From positions 98,959,522-99,023,521 of the forward strand of contig NC_134831.1 of the NCBI RefSeq assembly GCF_004210375.1: 64,000 nt of DNA, in the 5' to 3' direction. The notes under the pieces are model-generated. The model was not told the DNA's origin. It searched no databases and was given only the letters and a program-made list of their open reading frames with translations. Every line of letters begins with the position of its first letter. Positions within the stretch are counted from its first letter, which is position 1. Positions 52,587 through 63,887 of the stretch are shown here, one piece after another. The translations under genes and the position numbers were made by a program. Origin of the DNA: Tachypleus tridentatus (lineage: Eukaryota).

Positions 52587-53043
52587 CCGTATTTTCCGCC
52601 TAATAAGCCGAATTTCTGGCCCTAAATTTTGGACCTGATTTTTGGGGGTCGGTTTATTGGCCGATCACTCCTTTCGGAAATTTCTTCTTCTTAGGAAATG
52701 TTTTTCTTTTGAAAATTACCATAGGCGGTAATTTTGTCCCATCAGCAAAGCACGTTAAGTGAAACGTTGTTTCTGGAATTTCATTGGTTACCTAATTACA
52801 GTGAGTGGAGCCAATAATGAATGACATATTGATTCCATCTCTGTCTCAATACGACACGTTCTGCTTTACTACAGAACGCCAATGATCACACACAACATGC
52901 ATGCTGACGCTGAAACGAGACTAAGAACTCATTTTGAAGAAGCTTGTCACTTCTTAAAAATGGCTTCGGCTTATTGGGCGGTAATAAGCAAAAACCCTCA
53001 TTTTCAGAGCTGAAAATTGGCCTCGGCTTATTAACCGGAAAAT
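52587..53043. mobile_element. Stowaway-like MITE (457 bp) with terminal inverted repeats CCGTATTTTCCGCCTAATAAGCCGA... / ...TCGGCTTATTAACCGGAAAATACGG and TA target-site duplication (52585-52586, 53044-53045)
   Basis: Left end cataTA|CCGTATTTTCCGCCTAATAAGCCGAatttctggccc; right end ggcctCGGCTTATTAACCGGAAAATACGG|TAaac. The inverted-repeat similarity continues more weakly for ~80 bp. There is no coding capacity. The TA duplication implicates a Tc1/mariner-type transposase. Confidence 0.7.
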
Positions 53044-53980
53044 ACGGTAAACAAAATGCAACAAATTTGTTTCATTCCCTTTTATGTCAGAAACTGCGAA
53101 TGAAATAACTAAATATTTTAATAACAGGAGCATTGACATAAAAACTGTATTCATAAAAATTAACATCTTACTACCTGATCCAAAAGAATCCATATTAAAA
53201 GAACAAAAACAGGGTATATATATATAATATCCTATGTGAATGTGTAAAGAAATACACAGAACAAATAACACATCTCTATGAAATAAGGTGAAAGGAACAC
53301 CACAGTCACATGTGTAGAGGTGATTTCCAGTAACTTTCTTAACATATCATTAATAAGAAGCAGGTCACAAGAAATTTTAGGGTAAAATTCTTTTCTTAAC
53401 ACCAACCCAAAACTAAAAAAATGAAAGATATCGTTTAGAAACTACAGAAATAATAAAAATAAACAATCATTCACTAGACCATGATAATGGCCCTAGCAAC
53501 ATCAGCCATATTTGGCAATGTTTATTCACTGTTCATACACTTGACCTCTACTCATATCCTGTCACCTAATAACAAGGTTTCCATCAAATTTCATCTCTAT
53601 TGTCTTTGCAATTATATATAAACCTTGTATTATTTACAATTGATCATACCTAAAGAAAAACCTGCGTTCTGTCGAAAACACATAGTATGTTTCACCATTT
53701 CAGTTAACCTTTTCCTCATGCTTATAAATTGTTTGTCTACCTGTTATTATATTAGTATAAATATTTACTCATTTTTTCTAGGACTGTTATTGTCAATACA
53801 TCAGTCAAGTTGCTCACAGATAGACCTATAAAACAAAAGGTATTCTTTGTTCTAGTTTAAATGGTGTGAGAAAACAAAATAAAAAAAAAGTCTCCTTAAA
53901 GGTAATGAACAAGCTAGAAATGAAGATACAAGAGTCTGACAGAGATTGCCCATTTCAAAGATTAAGACAATAATAACTTT

Positions 53981-54938
53981 ACAGTTCTAGTTATTACCTA
54001 CCACAGTAAGATGGCCATACAGTTCTAGTTATTACGTATGTACTTACCACAGTAAGATGGCCATACAGTTCTAGTTATTACGTATGTACCTACCACAGTA
54101 AGATGGCCATACAGTTCTAGTTATTATGTATGTACCTACCACAGTAAGATGGCCATACAGTTCTAGTTATTACGTATGTACCTACCACAGTAAGATGGCC
54201 ATACAGTTCTAGTTATTACGTATGTACTTACCACAGTAAGATGGCCATACAGTTCTAGTTATTACGTATGTACCTACCACAGTAAGATGGCCATACAGTT
54301 CTAGTTATTATGTATGTACCTACCACAGTAAGATGGCCATACAGTTCTAGTTATTACGTATGTACCTACCACAGTAAGATGGCCATACAGTTCTAGTTAT
54401 TACGTATGTACCTACCACAGTAAGATGGCCATACAGTTCTAGTTATTATGTATGTACCTACCACAGTAAGATGGCCATACAGTTCTAGTTATTACGTATG
54501 TACCTACCACAGTAAGATGGCCATACAGTTCTAGTTATTACGTATGTACCTACCACAGTAAGATGGCCATACAGTTCTAGTTATTACGTATGTACCTACC
54601 ACAGTAAGATGGCCATACAGTTCTAGTTATTATGTATGTACCTACCACAGTAAGATGGCCATACAGTTCTAGTTATTACGTATGTACCTACCACAGTAAG
54701 ATGGCCATACAGTTCTAGTTATTACGTATGTACCTACCACAGTAAGATGGCCATACAGTTCTAGTTATTACGTATGTACCTACCACAGTAAGATGGCCAT
54801 ACAGTTCTAGTTATTACGTATGTACCTACCACAGTAAGATGGCCATACAGTTCTAGTTATTATGTATGTACCTATCACAGTAAGATGGCCATACAGTTCT
54901 AGTTATTACGTATGTACTTACCACAGTAAGATGGCCAT
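53981..54938. repeat. 46-bp minisatellite, ~21 copies (unit ccacagtaagatggccatacagttctagttattacgtatgtaccta), with three unit subtypes (..cgtatgtaccta, ..tgtatgtaccta, ..cgtatgtactta)
   Basis: Direct reading. The T-subtype recurs at 54125, 54310, 54448, 54632 and 54862, that is every 3-5 units. The plus-strand ORF 54862..55119 starts inside the last units and is an artefact. Confidence 0.95.
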
Positions 54939-55920
54939 CCTTGCCTTTGGTAATCTCAGGATTTATTCCTTTACAAAAGTTTATAATTCCTTGTTTGCCA
55001 CTTGCCAGATAATGAGGTATGCTGCAAAAATTCAGCCAGGTTTTAACAATTTATCTTACCATAAAAAAACCAACAAATCCCATATTATATGTTTGGTCAC
55101 AAGTCACAAACTGATTTAACACTTTATTAATGAACTTGAGTCTTCCATTTGAAGAAAAATGAAACTAGTGATATGATTAAGTAATTTTATATTCTGTCTA
55201 AATCTGATTTGTTTGTTACAGTATAGTTAAGCTGTATTTAAATTTGTTAGCAAGCCAAAAGCCCTTCAAATAACAGAGATTTTTTATTAATAAAGATAGT
55301 GTGTTTATTACTTCTGTATACTTTTTATATTCCACCTCAGATACAATACCTACTTATTGATTATATATATAAACTATAAATTATTGTTTGGATATTATAA
55401 GTCTCACCATCCTGATTCTTCCACTTTTACTAAAGATTTTCTATTGCTGGCCATAACAATTTTTACAACTACTTCCACCAGATGGTCTCTACAGTCCAGA
55501 ATTAAGTCACCCTGCAAATATAATTTAAAAAATTAAAATGTCAATATGCCTCTAAACCAATGATGAAACTTAAACAAAATCGATGACTGAATCCTGAAAA
55601 AGAAATAACATAATAGTCAAGACACAATACTGAACAAATCATTCTGTTCATGATCAGTTTATTTCAAATCTTCCAGTACAATAATGTTGATTAAGCACTC
55701 ATGAAATAAGATGGTTTATTTTTCCATATTTATGGCCAAATCTAACTCCTCCAATATCAACAAAACAAAGAAAAATACTAGGAATTCAAATAGAAAAACC
55801 TAGTACAATTACAAATAATGTTCCTTAATAAAATATTAAGTCAATAAATTAAAACTACTTTGGAATATTTTTGAAATCCTACACTGAATTGGTCACTCTT
55901 TTCCTACCACCGCATTAAAT

Positions 55921-56070
55921 AAACAGTTATATAATTAAACCTGTAACGTTTTGGACATTCTGTCAGATTTTCTAATTATTATCACTATACCTTATAAACA
56001 GTTATATTATTAAACCTGTAACGTTTTGGACATTCTGTCAGATTTTCTAATTATTATCACTATACCTTAT
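55921..56070. repeat. 75-bp tandem duplication (2 copies)
   Basis: aaacagttatataattaaacctgtaacgttttggacattctgtcagattttctaattattatcactataccttat occurs twice with one mismatch. Confidence 0.85.
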
Positions 56071-56934
56071 AAAACTTCTGGTCTGTTTATAAAACGTTGT
56101 TAATAACACGGTTTGGATTAGTTTTCGGCTAAAGAGAAATAAATGTTATTGGATGCTGTCAATGGGTAAATTAGGATTTTTGGGTGGGTACTGTCAATGT
56201 CTACTCAGGTTTAAGGAGTGACGTCAAATATTTTTGTGACAATGTGAATTGACAATTTATTCTTTCAAACTACAAACAAATTTTTAAGACACTTGAATTT
56301 ATAAGGTTTTATTTAGACAATTATAGAGACAATGCTAATAAAATGTAATTTTGTTTAAACATAAGAAATAACAATAAAAACAAGTTTAATAGAGAACTTA
56401 TTATGGATTATAAACTTTTTCTTGTTACAGAGGCTCATTTGATTAGGTACTATAATACTATTCTCCAGAGGCATAAAAGCATGGTTCTCATCAAACATTT
56501 TAACAAGCCAGTTTAAGGTAACTGTATAACTCTGTAAAAGAGATTTAAACCTGTTTTTATATAAATAATGATGATAGTAGTTTAAAAAACGTTTGATAAT
56601 TAATTTTAGTGAGACTACAATTTTATTAAATTGACCATATTAATGGTAAGTTAAGTATGAAAGCTCTGATTTTTTTTGCGAGTACATAATGTGCACAGCA
56701 GATGGCAGTGTATCCAATGTTACTGATCAGTCAAGACAGCTAAATGGATCTCTTACAGAAGATTTTAAAATGAGAATCACATATAACCTGAAAAAACATT
56801 GTATATAATTCCACTTTGTTTATTAAACCAACAGTTTTTCCAAAAGTCGTGGTGGTGATTATGGTATGACACCGTACATGTTTTTTTTATGTTTTTGAAA
56901 TTGAATTGTAAATATAAAATTATACTATGGTGTA

Positions 56935-57115
56935 TCACTTAAAGGTTATTATTTTAAAATATTTTAAGACACTTTTTTCTGAACCTAGATGTACATCAGG
57001 GAGCATCAGCTTATCATTCATCACTTCATGACTGTCAAATAAGTCATGACACATGATTATAAAATCACTATAACCCGAGCATTTTTGAAAGGTTGGCCTT
57101 TCTTCTTCAGAGTCA
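56935..57115 (-). CDS. Class-I myosin tail, putative terminal coding exon (..SDFIIMCHDLFDSHEVMNDKLMLPDVHLGSEKS.. to the stop near 56935); acceptor position and phase unresolved
   Basis: Minus-strand translation ..GYSDFIIMCHDLFDSHEVMNDKLML.. aligns to the myosin-I tail segment ..[20 protein letters not shown].. (human MYO1D-type). An AATAAA lies ~110 bp downstream on the minus strand (plus tttatt near 56818). I could not find an acceptor that keeps phase with the preceding exon. My reading of the text is 1 nt out of register with ORF-track entry 56935..57129 somewhere in this interval, so frames here are uncertain. Confidence 0.35.
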
Positions 57116-57373
57116 CCTTTCAAAAGCACTTAAGATAGTGTTTTTATCCTCTTTTATCAAGATGTCTTGAACCCACGTGCTTTTCTGACATCATGTCAGA
57201 TAAGTCATATAGTTTGATTTAATGAGAAAACGAATAAACTTAAATTGAAACAGAAAATCCCACACAAAGGTAACACTAAAATATCACATAAGACCCATAT
57301 AAGTAATAACTCGTTACCTGCATAAAATATAGAAAAAAGAAATTGTGGAATGTAAACATATAAAGTAACAAAC

Positions 57374-57444
57374 CTTGTCTTTCTTAAAATCGCTAGGTAT
57401 CCTTAACACCAACACACCATCAGTCAGGTTACTTACAGACAAAC
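57374..57444 (-). CDS. Class-I myosin tail exon (phase 1 start): (T)GLSVSNLTDGVLVLRIPSDFKKDK; 3' boundary uncertain
   Basis: Acceptor ttttattctacag|GTTTGTCTG (AG at 57446-57445) joins the 1-nt overhang of the upstream exon to give ..ILTG LSVSNLTDGVLVLRIPSDFKKDK. This matches the myosin-I tail ..[29 protein letters not shown]... The donor AAG|GTTTGT at 57373 is weak; a CAG|GTAACG further downstream (57319) is an alternative. Confidence 0.6.
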
Positions 57445-57620
57445 CTGTAGAATAAAACATATCCTTTGTTTGGATGAGGTAGAAAAATTGATTGATGGTA
57501 AAAAGCTGCCTCATTAAAAGTAAGGAATTTCTAGATAAAACAATAGAAGTTAATACAGTTAGTAAATAATGCCTTCTCTCCCATTTAAAGAAGGAAACCA
57601 TCACATATGAAGTGCTATAT

Positions 57621-58557
57621 GGTAAGAAAGACAAAAGTTCCAGCTTTATAGATATAATAGTGATATATAAGCTAATGAATAAGTTTTGCCAGACACAGTT
57701 TAGACTTTATAGACATGGAACTATTACATAATAAGACATAATCAGTTAAGGGAGACAAAGTTTCAACTTTATAGATATAATAGTGATATATAAGCTAATT
57801 AATAAGTTATGCCAGACACAGTTTAGACTTTATAGACATGGAACTATTACATAATAAGACATAATCAGTTAAGGGAGACAAAGTTTCAACTTCAAAGATA
57901 GTGAACTGCTACATGAGAAGATACAATCACTTAAGATAAGCCAAAGTTGTAACTTCAAAGATAGGGAACTGCTACATGAGAAGATACAATCCCTTAAGAT
58001 AAGCCAAAGTTGTAACTTCAAAGATAGGGAACTGATACATGAGAAGATACAATCACTTAAGGTAAGCCAAAGTTGTAACTTCAAAGATAGGGAACTGATA
58101 CATGAGAAGATACAATCACTTAAGGTAAGCCAAAGTTGTAACTTCAAAGATAGGGAACTGATACATGAGAAGATACAATCACTTAAGGTAAGCCAAAGTT
58201 GTAACTTCAAAGATAGGGAACTGCTACATAAAAAGATACAATCATTTAAGGTAAGCCAAAGTTGTAACTTCAAAGATAGGGAACTGCTACATAAGAAGAT
58301 ACAATCACTTAAGATAAGCCAAAGTTGTAACTTAAAAGACAGGGAACTGCTACATGAGAAGATACAATCACTTAAGATGAGCCAAAGTTGTAACTTCAAA
58401 GATAGGGAACTGATACATGAGAAGATACAATCACTTAAGGTAAGCCAAAGTTGTAACTTCAAAGATAGGGAACTGATACATGAGAAGATACAATCACTTA
58501 AGATAAGCCAAAGTTGTAACTTCAAAGATAGGGAACTGCTACATGAGAAGATGCAGT
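57621..58557. repeat. Complex intronic minisatellite: 122-bp unit x2 (57627-57870) followed by a related 63-bp unit x~10.6 (57889-58557; unit ggaactgctacatgagaagatacaatcacttaagataagccaaagttgtaacttcaaagata)
   Basis: Direct reading. The 63-mer shares its ...aagggagacaaagtttcaactt.aaagata core with the 122-mer. Minus-strand ORF 57869..58525 (218 aa, 21-aa periodic LKLQLWL.LSDCIFSC.SSLS) and plus-strand ORF 58377..58559 are repeat artefacts. The array lies in the intron between the myosin exons at 59066-59207 and 57374-57444. Confidence 0.9.
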
Positions 58558-59065
58558 GAATTAAGGGAGAATGTATTTGCTTTTAAAGTTTGAAATACAT
58601 ACAGATAGAGAGGAATAAAGATCTGTGAGATAAACCTCCATTTTGGATGTAAAGACAAAGAGAATTCTAGAATAGAGGTTGTTAGTATTCCCTTTTGATG
58701 CAGATAGTCTCTACAGGGGTAGGAGATTGTTCAGTGAAACATATTTGTGGAAGTACAGCAGAAACGTGTTAAGAAAAACAAAGAAAGATGAAATAGAAAA
58801 CACTTTCCACTAAAGGTATAAGAAACACACAGAGACGGATACTCATGAAAACAATAGTATCACCCAATAGAAACCTTAAAAAATGAACCACAGATATAGT
58901 ATAAGGTATATGTAGCACTTTGATTTAAAGGCTATACGAAAGTAAAAAAAGAAAAAAAAACACATTGTTTATCACTTTGCTTTAATGCTGTAAAAAAAAA
59001 AACCTCATTGGTTGGCACTTTGTTTTTAAGGTTCTGGTTTTGTTAAATTAAAAAAAAACAATTAC

Positions 59066-59207
59066 CTGTTAAAATCTGAAAATCCAACCTATGTTTCTGT
59101 TTAAAATCTTTTTCGTTTAGAAGATAAATAGCCTTGTCGGACACCACAAGAATTCGTCCACGAGCCTTGTAGCCATGACGATCATATTTGATCACTGGTG
59201 CACAGTA
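59066..59207 (-). CDS. Class-I myosin tail-domain exon: YCAPVIKYDRHGYKARGRILVVSDKAIYLLNEKDFKQKHRLDFQILT(G), phase 0 start, 142 nt
   Basis: Acceptor tgttatgttttttttag|TACTGT (AG at 59209-59208) and donor TTAACAG|GTAATTG (GT at 59065-59064). Only one frame is open. The peptide aligns to the myosin-I tail core (human MYO1D-type ..[46 protein letters not shown]..), with the K-Y-D-R-x-G-Y-K-x-R-x-R signature intact. Confidence 0.75.
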
Positions 59208-60393
59208 CTAAAAAAAACATAACACCTGAAATATGCCTTACCTAATTAGCTTACCTAATCTGCAATCAATAATTTTGTGTTACTTCATATTAATAACACT
59301 ATGTAACACAAATTTTGTTCCTCAATAGTATGTGTTATTTCTTAATTGCTTATGTTGTAAAAGTACAGAAAATGGTCATTTTTCCCTTCAAACTTTGCTT
59401 TTGTGACCTGGATAATCAAATTTAGAAATTAACCTATTTTCTGTATAAAAATGGGCACATTTGCACATTTTCATTTACATAAGGTCCAAATAAACCAACA
59501 TATGAATCAAGATTTACATTTATTTATACTAAAGTTATACAAAAATGTTTAGAAGTGAGTAGTTTTTCAAGATTTGCGACTGTAATGTAAATCACTTTCA
59601 TGTATCAGCCCCCAAATATAGTCTCCCATCATGTTTTTGTTATATGCTTCCAGGTCACAAAAGCAAAGTTTGAAAAGAAAAATAGGTCTTTTCCACTTAC
59701 TTTAGGCATAAGCAATTGGGAAATAACACTTTCTGTCCAGGAACAAGAAAAAGTAAAAATTTTGTTACATAGTGTAATCTGTCCTTCTTTACTCACAGTG
59801 AGTGTACTGGCCAATAGGAACACGAATTTGAAAAACTAATACACTAACTATTATCCAGTGTTATAAAACCATTATAAAGTGCGAATCCTTTTGTCATTAG
59901 AGATGAACTTCTGTACTGTAAAAACATTCATTTTGTTGCAGAAATTTAGCTTTAAAATTCTGGCTTGCTGAGTTTTATTGGAACTAAACTCACATATAAG
60001 GTGTGAGGTTCTACATTTAATATGCGAATGGGGGATTAGTACCAGAAAATATCACATCAAAAATGTAGTACAGCTATTATAATTACAATTTATATCAACT
60101 TCTTATCACAGACCACACTACCAACTTAGATAAAAAAACAAAAATTAACATGGTAAAGATTGTAGCTTATTAGATATATGGTTGTATTGTTTCTTCAGTT
60201 CACTAGCTCTTGCTATTAATTATATTTAGGACTATGAACCCAATAATAACTCGAGATTTTGATGAGACTAGGAGATTTATGTTAGTCCTAAATTCAAATA
60301 CTAAGCTAAGAGTAACAATAACTTCAATATTAAAAATAATAAATTATGATGAAACATTGTAGAATGGATGGATACTGCCTGTTGTGGAGACAC

Positions 60394-60513
60394 AATTTTA
60401 CAGGATGACATTTCGAAAGTCTTCCACTTTTCGTCTTCAGGACAGGCAGTTGCCATCCACTCTACAGTTTCATCATGAATACTCTGCCTACACAGTCTAT
60501 CAAAGAATAACCA
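60394..60513 (-). CDS. Putative class-I myosin tail exon (120 nt, phase 0 to phase 0): WLFFDRLCRQSIHDETVEWMATACPEDEKWKTFEMSSCKI
   Basis: Acceptor ttattttaag|TGG (AG at 60515-60514). The end ..TGT AAA ATT|gtgtct is a weak donor. It joins in frame to the next exon to give ..SSCKI|YCAPVIKYDR, which parallels MYO1D ..SEPIQ|[10 protein letters not shown]. The body loosely parallels ..[24 protein letters not shown]... Phase is consistent with both neighbouring exon models. Confidence 0.4.
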
Positions 60514-60689
60514 CTTAAAATAATACATGCCTATGTATTATAACAGAGATTACTTTGCTTATAGAACACAAAGGTTAGTTGTTTTTGTATGTTGATGATA
60601 AAGCTACTGGGATTACATGCTACTGTTCCTAATTTTGAATTGTCAGTCATAAGGAAGAAAACTGGTTAGCATCTTCTGACATAAAATCT

Positions 60690-60850
60690 TGGGCTACTCT
60701 TTAAAATGAATAGTGGGATTAACTGTAACATTACAATGCTCCCACAGCTTAAAGGACTAGCATGTTCAATGATTGGTTTAGATCTTACAACTTTGCAGAT
60801 GGTAAGTTGAGTGTCCTAATCATCAGGCCCAATAGCTGTTAGCTTACTTT
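60690..60850 (-). mobile_element. Degenerate SINE fragment of the same family (intronic)
   Basis: cttgggctactctttaaaatgaatagtgggattaactgtaacattacaatgctcccacagcttaaaggactagcatgttcaatgattggttt... parallels cttgggctactcttttaccaacgaatagtgggattgaccgtaacattata...ccacggctgg.aaggcgagcatgttt. Confidence 0.35.
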
Positions 60851-62168
60851 TAATGTACTACGTGATGTGGTTGTACATCAGCAATGAACACCTGCTTTGT
60901 CACTTAAGAAAAAAATGTCTGTAATGAGTTACAATGTATTATGTAACCAGATATGGGTGAATTATATTACAAATAGATAATATATTTGTATGTAATGCTG
61001 ACCTAATTTTTCATTCTTGGTTTCTTCTGTTCCAAGTTTTCATCCAATACACCAACTAGTTATTACTAGCAGCCCTTTATTTAACAATGTATGTACTGTT
61101 TAAACAGAAGGATTTGAAAAAAAACATTTTAACAATTGAAATTAGTTGACTAAAGAACCTACATATTAAGTTTAAACCATCTGCTTCAAAGCTGGAAAAA
61201 ATGAAGACTTTATATAAACAAAAAGTCCAGATGCAAAAAACCACATATTTTTACTTAATCAATATTGTACTTCAAAATACTGTTAACTGTTACGATTAAG
61301 GTGGAAAAAAAAGGATGAGTGTATTTAAATACTGATTATCGAACTCAAATAAGATACGCATATGGGTATTTCATAAAACATAGAACTATGTGTTTATGAT
61401 GTTTTTTTACTGAAAACAATATTCCAATGACTCAAACAATTTAACAAACATGAGCTTTATGAGCTGGTAAAATTATTATTTTTTCTGTATATTCAATATA
61501 ATCATTTTAATTTCAACTGAATTATCTTAAAGTTTCAAGTGTACTGATTTTAACTGACATATTTCTTTATATGACAGGAATAAAAACTTTAATAAGACAT
61601 ATTTCAAAAATAACATATTTTTCTAGTAATACAATTCACCCAAATCAAGAGATAAAAATGAAATGTTATTTCAATAAACTGTATTCCTATAAGGTAGTAA
61701 TACGTGGAACATAGATTTAGATATACTTTCAATAGCATCTGGAATATAAAATTACAAAACAGATTAGATTTTAAGATCATTTGCAGAATGTCTGAGAAAT
61801 GGGGTGGGGTTTGGTTTGTAAGATCAAAAACCAACACATGTCATGTAAAGCTCAATCAGCATGCTAATACCATGAGGGGAATGAGGACATGTGATGTTTT
61901 CAAGCCAAAATATTTTAATGCTTCATCAAAAGAATACAGATTATGTAGGAAATGTTAAATATCGTAAACAATTGTGCTACAACTATACATCACAAAAATA
62001 GGGGTCTCCTTGATCTACATTGGTATTTAAATGTTCATATTATAAATACTGTGTTCATTTATAAATATCAGTAGATTTATTTTTAAATGGGTTATTTAAA
62101 TTAATTACTCTACAAGAATCACATTACAGTTATATAAAACTGAAAGGAAGACATATAGTTGTTCTTAC

Positions 62169-62239
62169 CAACGATTTTTCACCCTGAATATTAAAGAAGC
62201 TATCGAAGGCATTTGCTTTCAATGTATTTTGTTCACGAG
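62169..62239 (-). CDS. Putative class-I myosin exon (71 nt): (A)REQNTLKANAFDSFFNIQGEKSL, ending in phase 0
   Basis: Acceptor ttttattttag|CTCGTGAAC (AG at 62241-62240) and strong donor TCGTTG|GTAAGAAC (GT at 62168-62167). Loose similarity to the MYO1D segment ..ASEILKGKKDNYPQSV.. that precedes the tail core. Phase is compatible with the 60394-60513 model. Confidence 0.3.
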
Positions 62240-62409
62240 CTAAAATAAAAAAAATTTCAAAATTACATAATATAATAACAACAATTAACATAACAATACT
62301 ATATGTTGAGGAGGTACACAAATAGGTTATACAGGATGGGATGGGTCACAAAAACACAACAAAAACTCATGCTAAGAAAGCTGAGATGGCATAAAAAAAC
62401 TTTAATCCA

Positions 62410-62490
62410 TCTCTCTCTCTACAAAATCTTTGAATTAGTTATAATCCAAACCCTCTCTCTATAAAATCTTTGAATTGGTTGTAATCTAAG
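62410..62490. repeat. ~40-bp tandem repeat x2 (ctctctctacaaaatctttgaattagttataatccaaac), member of a small dispersed family
   Basis: Related copies lie at 63293-63400 (aaaatccttgatctgactgtaattcagttcc / tctctctacaaaatccttgaactgattgcaatccaatcatt / tctctctctccaaaaccctttataat). Confidence 0.6.
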
Positions 62491-63292
62491 AAATCCTTGA
62501 AATCCATTTGTTTCAGCTTGATGAGTATGACGTATGATGCTGGATATGTATTGCAAAAGTCCTCACTATTCTGAAAATTTGTAGAAGATTCTTAAAAAAA
62601 AGAATCACAAAGTATTTGTTTTATGCTAGAACACTGTTGAAATTTTTACAACCTTGTGTTATTCCTATAAAAAGCATCTAGCTGAAAGATAGGAAGAATA
62701 TTATTGGTCAGCTACAGTCAGTGTGTTATAGGCATAAGAAGCTATAATTGTGATTAACACATATTAATTAGAAAATTACAAAATTGGACAAGGATCATTT
62801 ATAGATTTTGAACATTACAAACCATTCTGCTTCAGTGAATTAAATTTGGACTTTAGCATTTCTAAGGGAAAATTAAATATCTTCGTTGGTAAAAAGACAG
62901 CTTATAAGCTGTGTGAGGCCAGCCAAGCTAGTTCGCTTAAGCAAGGTACAACAACATCAATTGAGAATTAATTTTTCTCATCGTGTACTTGGATTATCAA
63001 TAGAATATTCAGTTCTAGACTAGATAAAAGACTTGTAAGAGTTTGTAAGACTTTTGTACATAAACCAATATTTGTGGTAACTATTTGAAATAACTAACTG
63101 TTATTATAAATTGTATTGTTGCTTGTATATTAAAATATATTTATGTTAGAAAGAAAACAGTGTGTATCAATCTTACTGGCAAGCATCATAAATTTGATAC
63201 ATATTAACATTCAATTAACTTCTGAATTAAAATTTCCAGTTATTTGAGTTCTTAATACCTTTTAATTTATAATGATAAATTATAACACATAA

Positions 63293-63400
63293 CACTTCAA
63301 AATCCTTGATCTGACTGTAATTCAGTTCCTCTCTCTACAAAATCCTTGAACTGATTGCAATCCAATCATTTCTCTCTCTCCAAAACCCTTTATAATACAT
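63293..63400. repeat. ~40-bp tandem repeat x~3, same family as 62410-62490
   Basis: See the previous feature. Both sites lie inside presumed introns of the minus-strand myosin gene. Confidence 0.55.
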
Positions 63401-63887
63401 CACATTAAATGAAACCCTGTAAAAGTTAAAAATGCACATTTTGACACCCATCTCTGAATACAGGGTTAAAGTATTAAAAAAAAAAACATCTTAGGAAGTT
63501 TATCCATGAAATGAACAAAATTAAATACAAAGCTAAGAAGGACTATAAGAAAACATAAAACTGATACATGAAACTTCTACATCTGTTTAATTTTATGCTA
63601 TAGTGATAGGTTTTTTAAATGGTTTTATTTGCACACCCCTTGTGTTATATCTCTCAGTATAAACAAAGTGAATCTAGATATATTCAGACATTTGGCTGTT
63701 TAACAAATACATACATAAAGCTTTCTTTCTGTATCAAAAACAGTAAATCTAGATTGCCTTCCACAAACTTTATTCACATCCAGGTCTTTGGCCATTGGCT
63801 ACAACTTTGGATCTGACATCAGTTTAAAAAAATCTTACTTGTGTTAACAAAACAAGATCTGCACTTGTACACAAAACAGCTGTGGAC

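Noticed and set aside
56600-56935. A further myosin tail exon encoding ..HTIITTTTFGKTVGLINKVELY.. (reminiscent of ..SITFAGGPGRDGTIDF..)
   Set aside because: No usable AG acceptor precedes it in frame (a stop lies 3 codons upstream) and the similarity is marginal; it is more likely 3' UTR.
57314-57634. Taking ORF 57314..57634 (-) as one continuous coding exon
   Set aside because: Only its middle (..STGLSVSNLTDGVLVLRIPSDFKKDK) matches myosin. The upstream part reads through a polypyrimidine/AG acceptor. The downstream part (VCYFICLHSTISFFYILCR) is T-rich intron-like sequence ending in tatgcag. The real exon is the 71-nt core.
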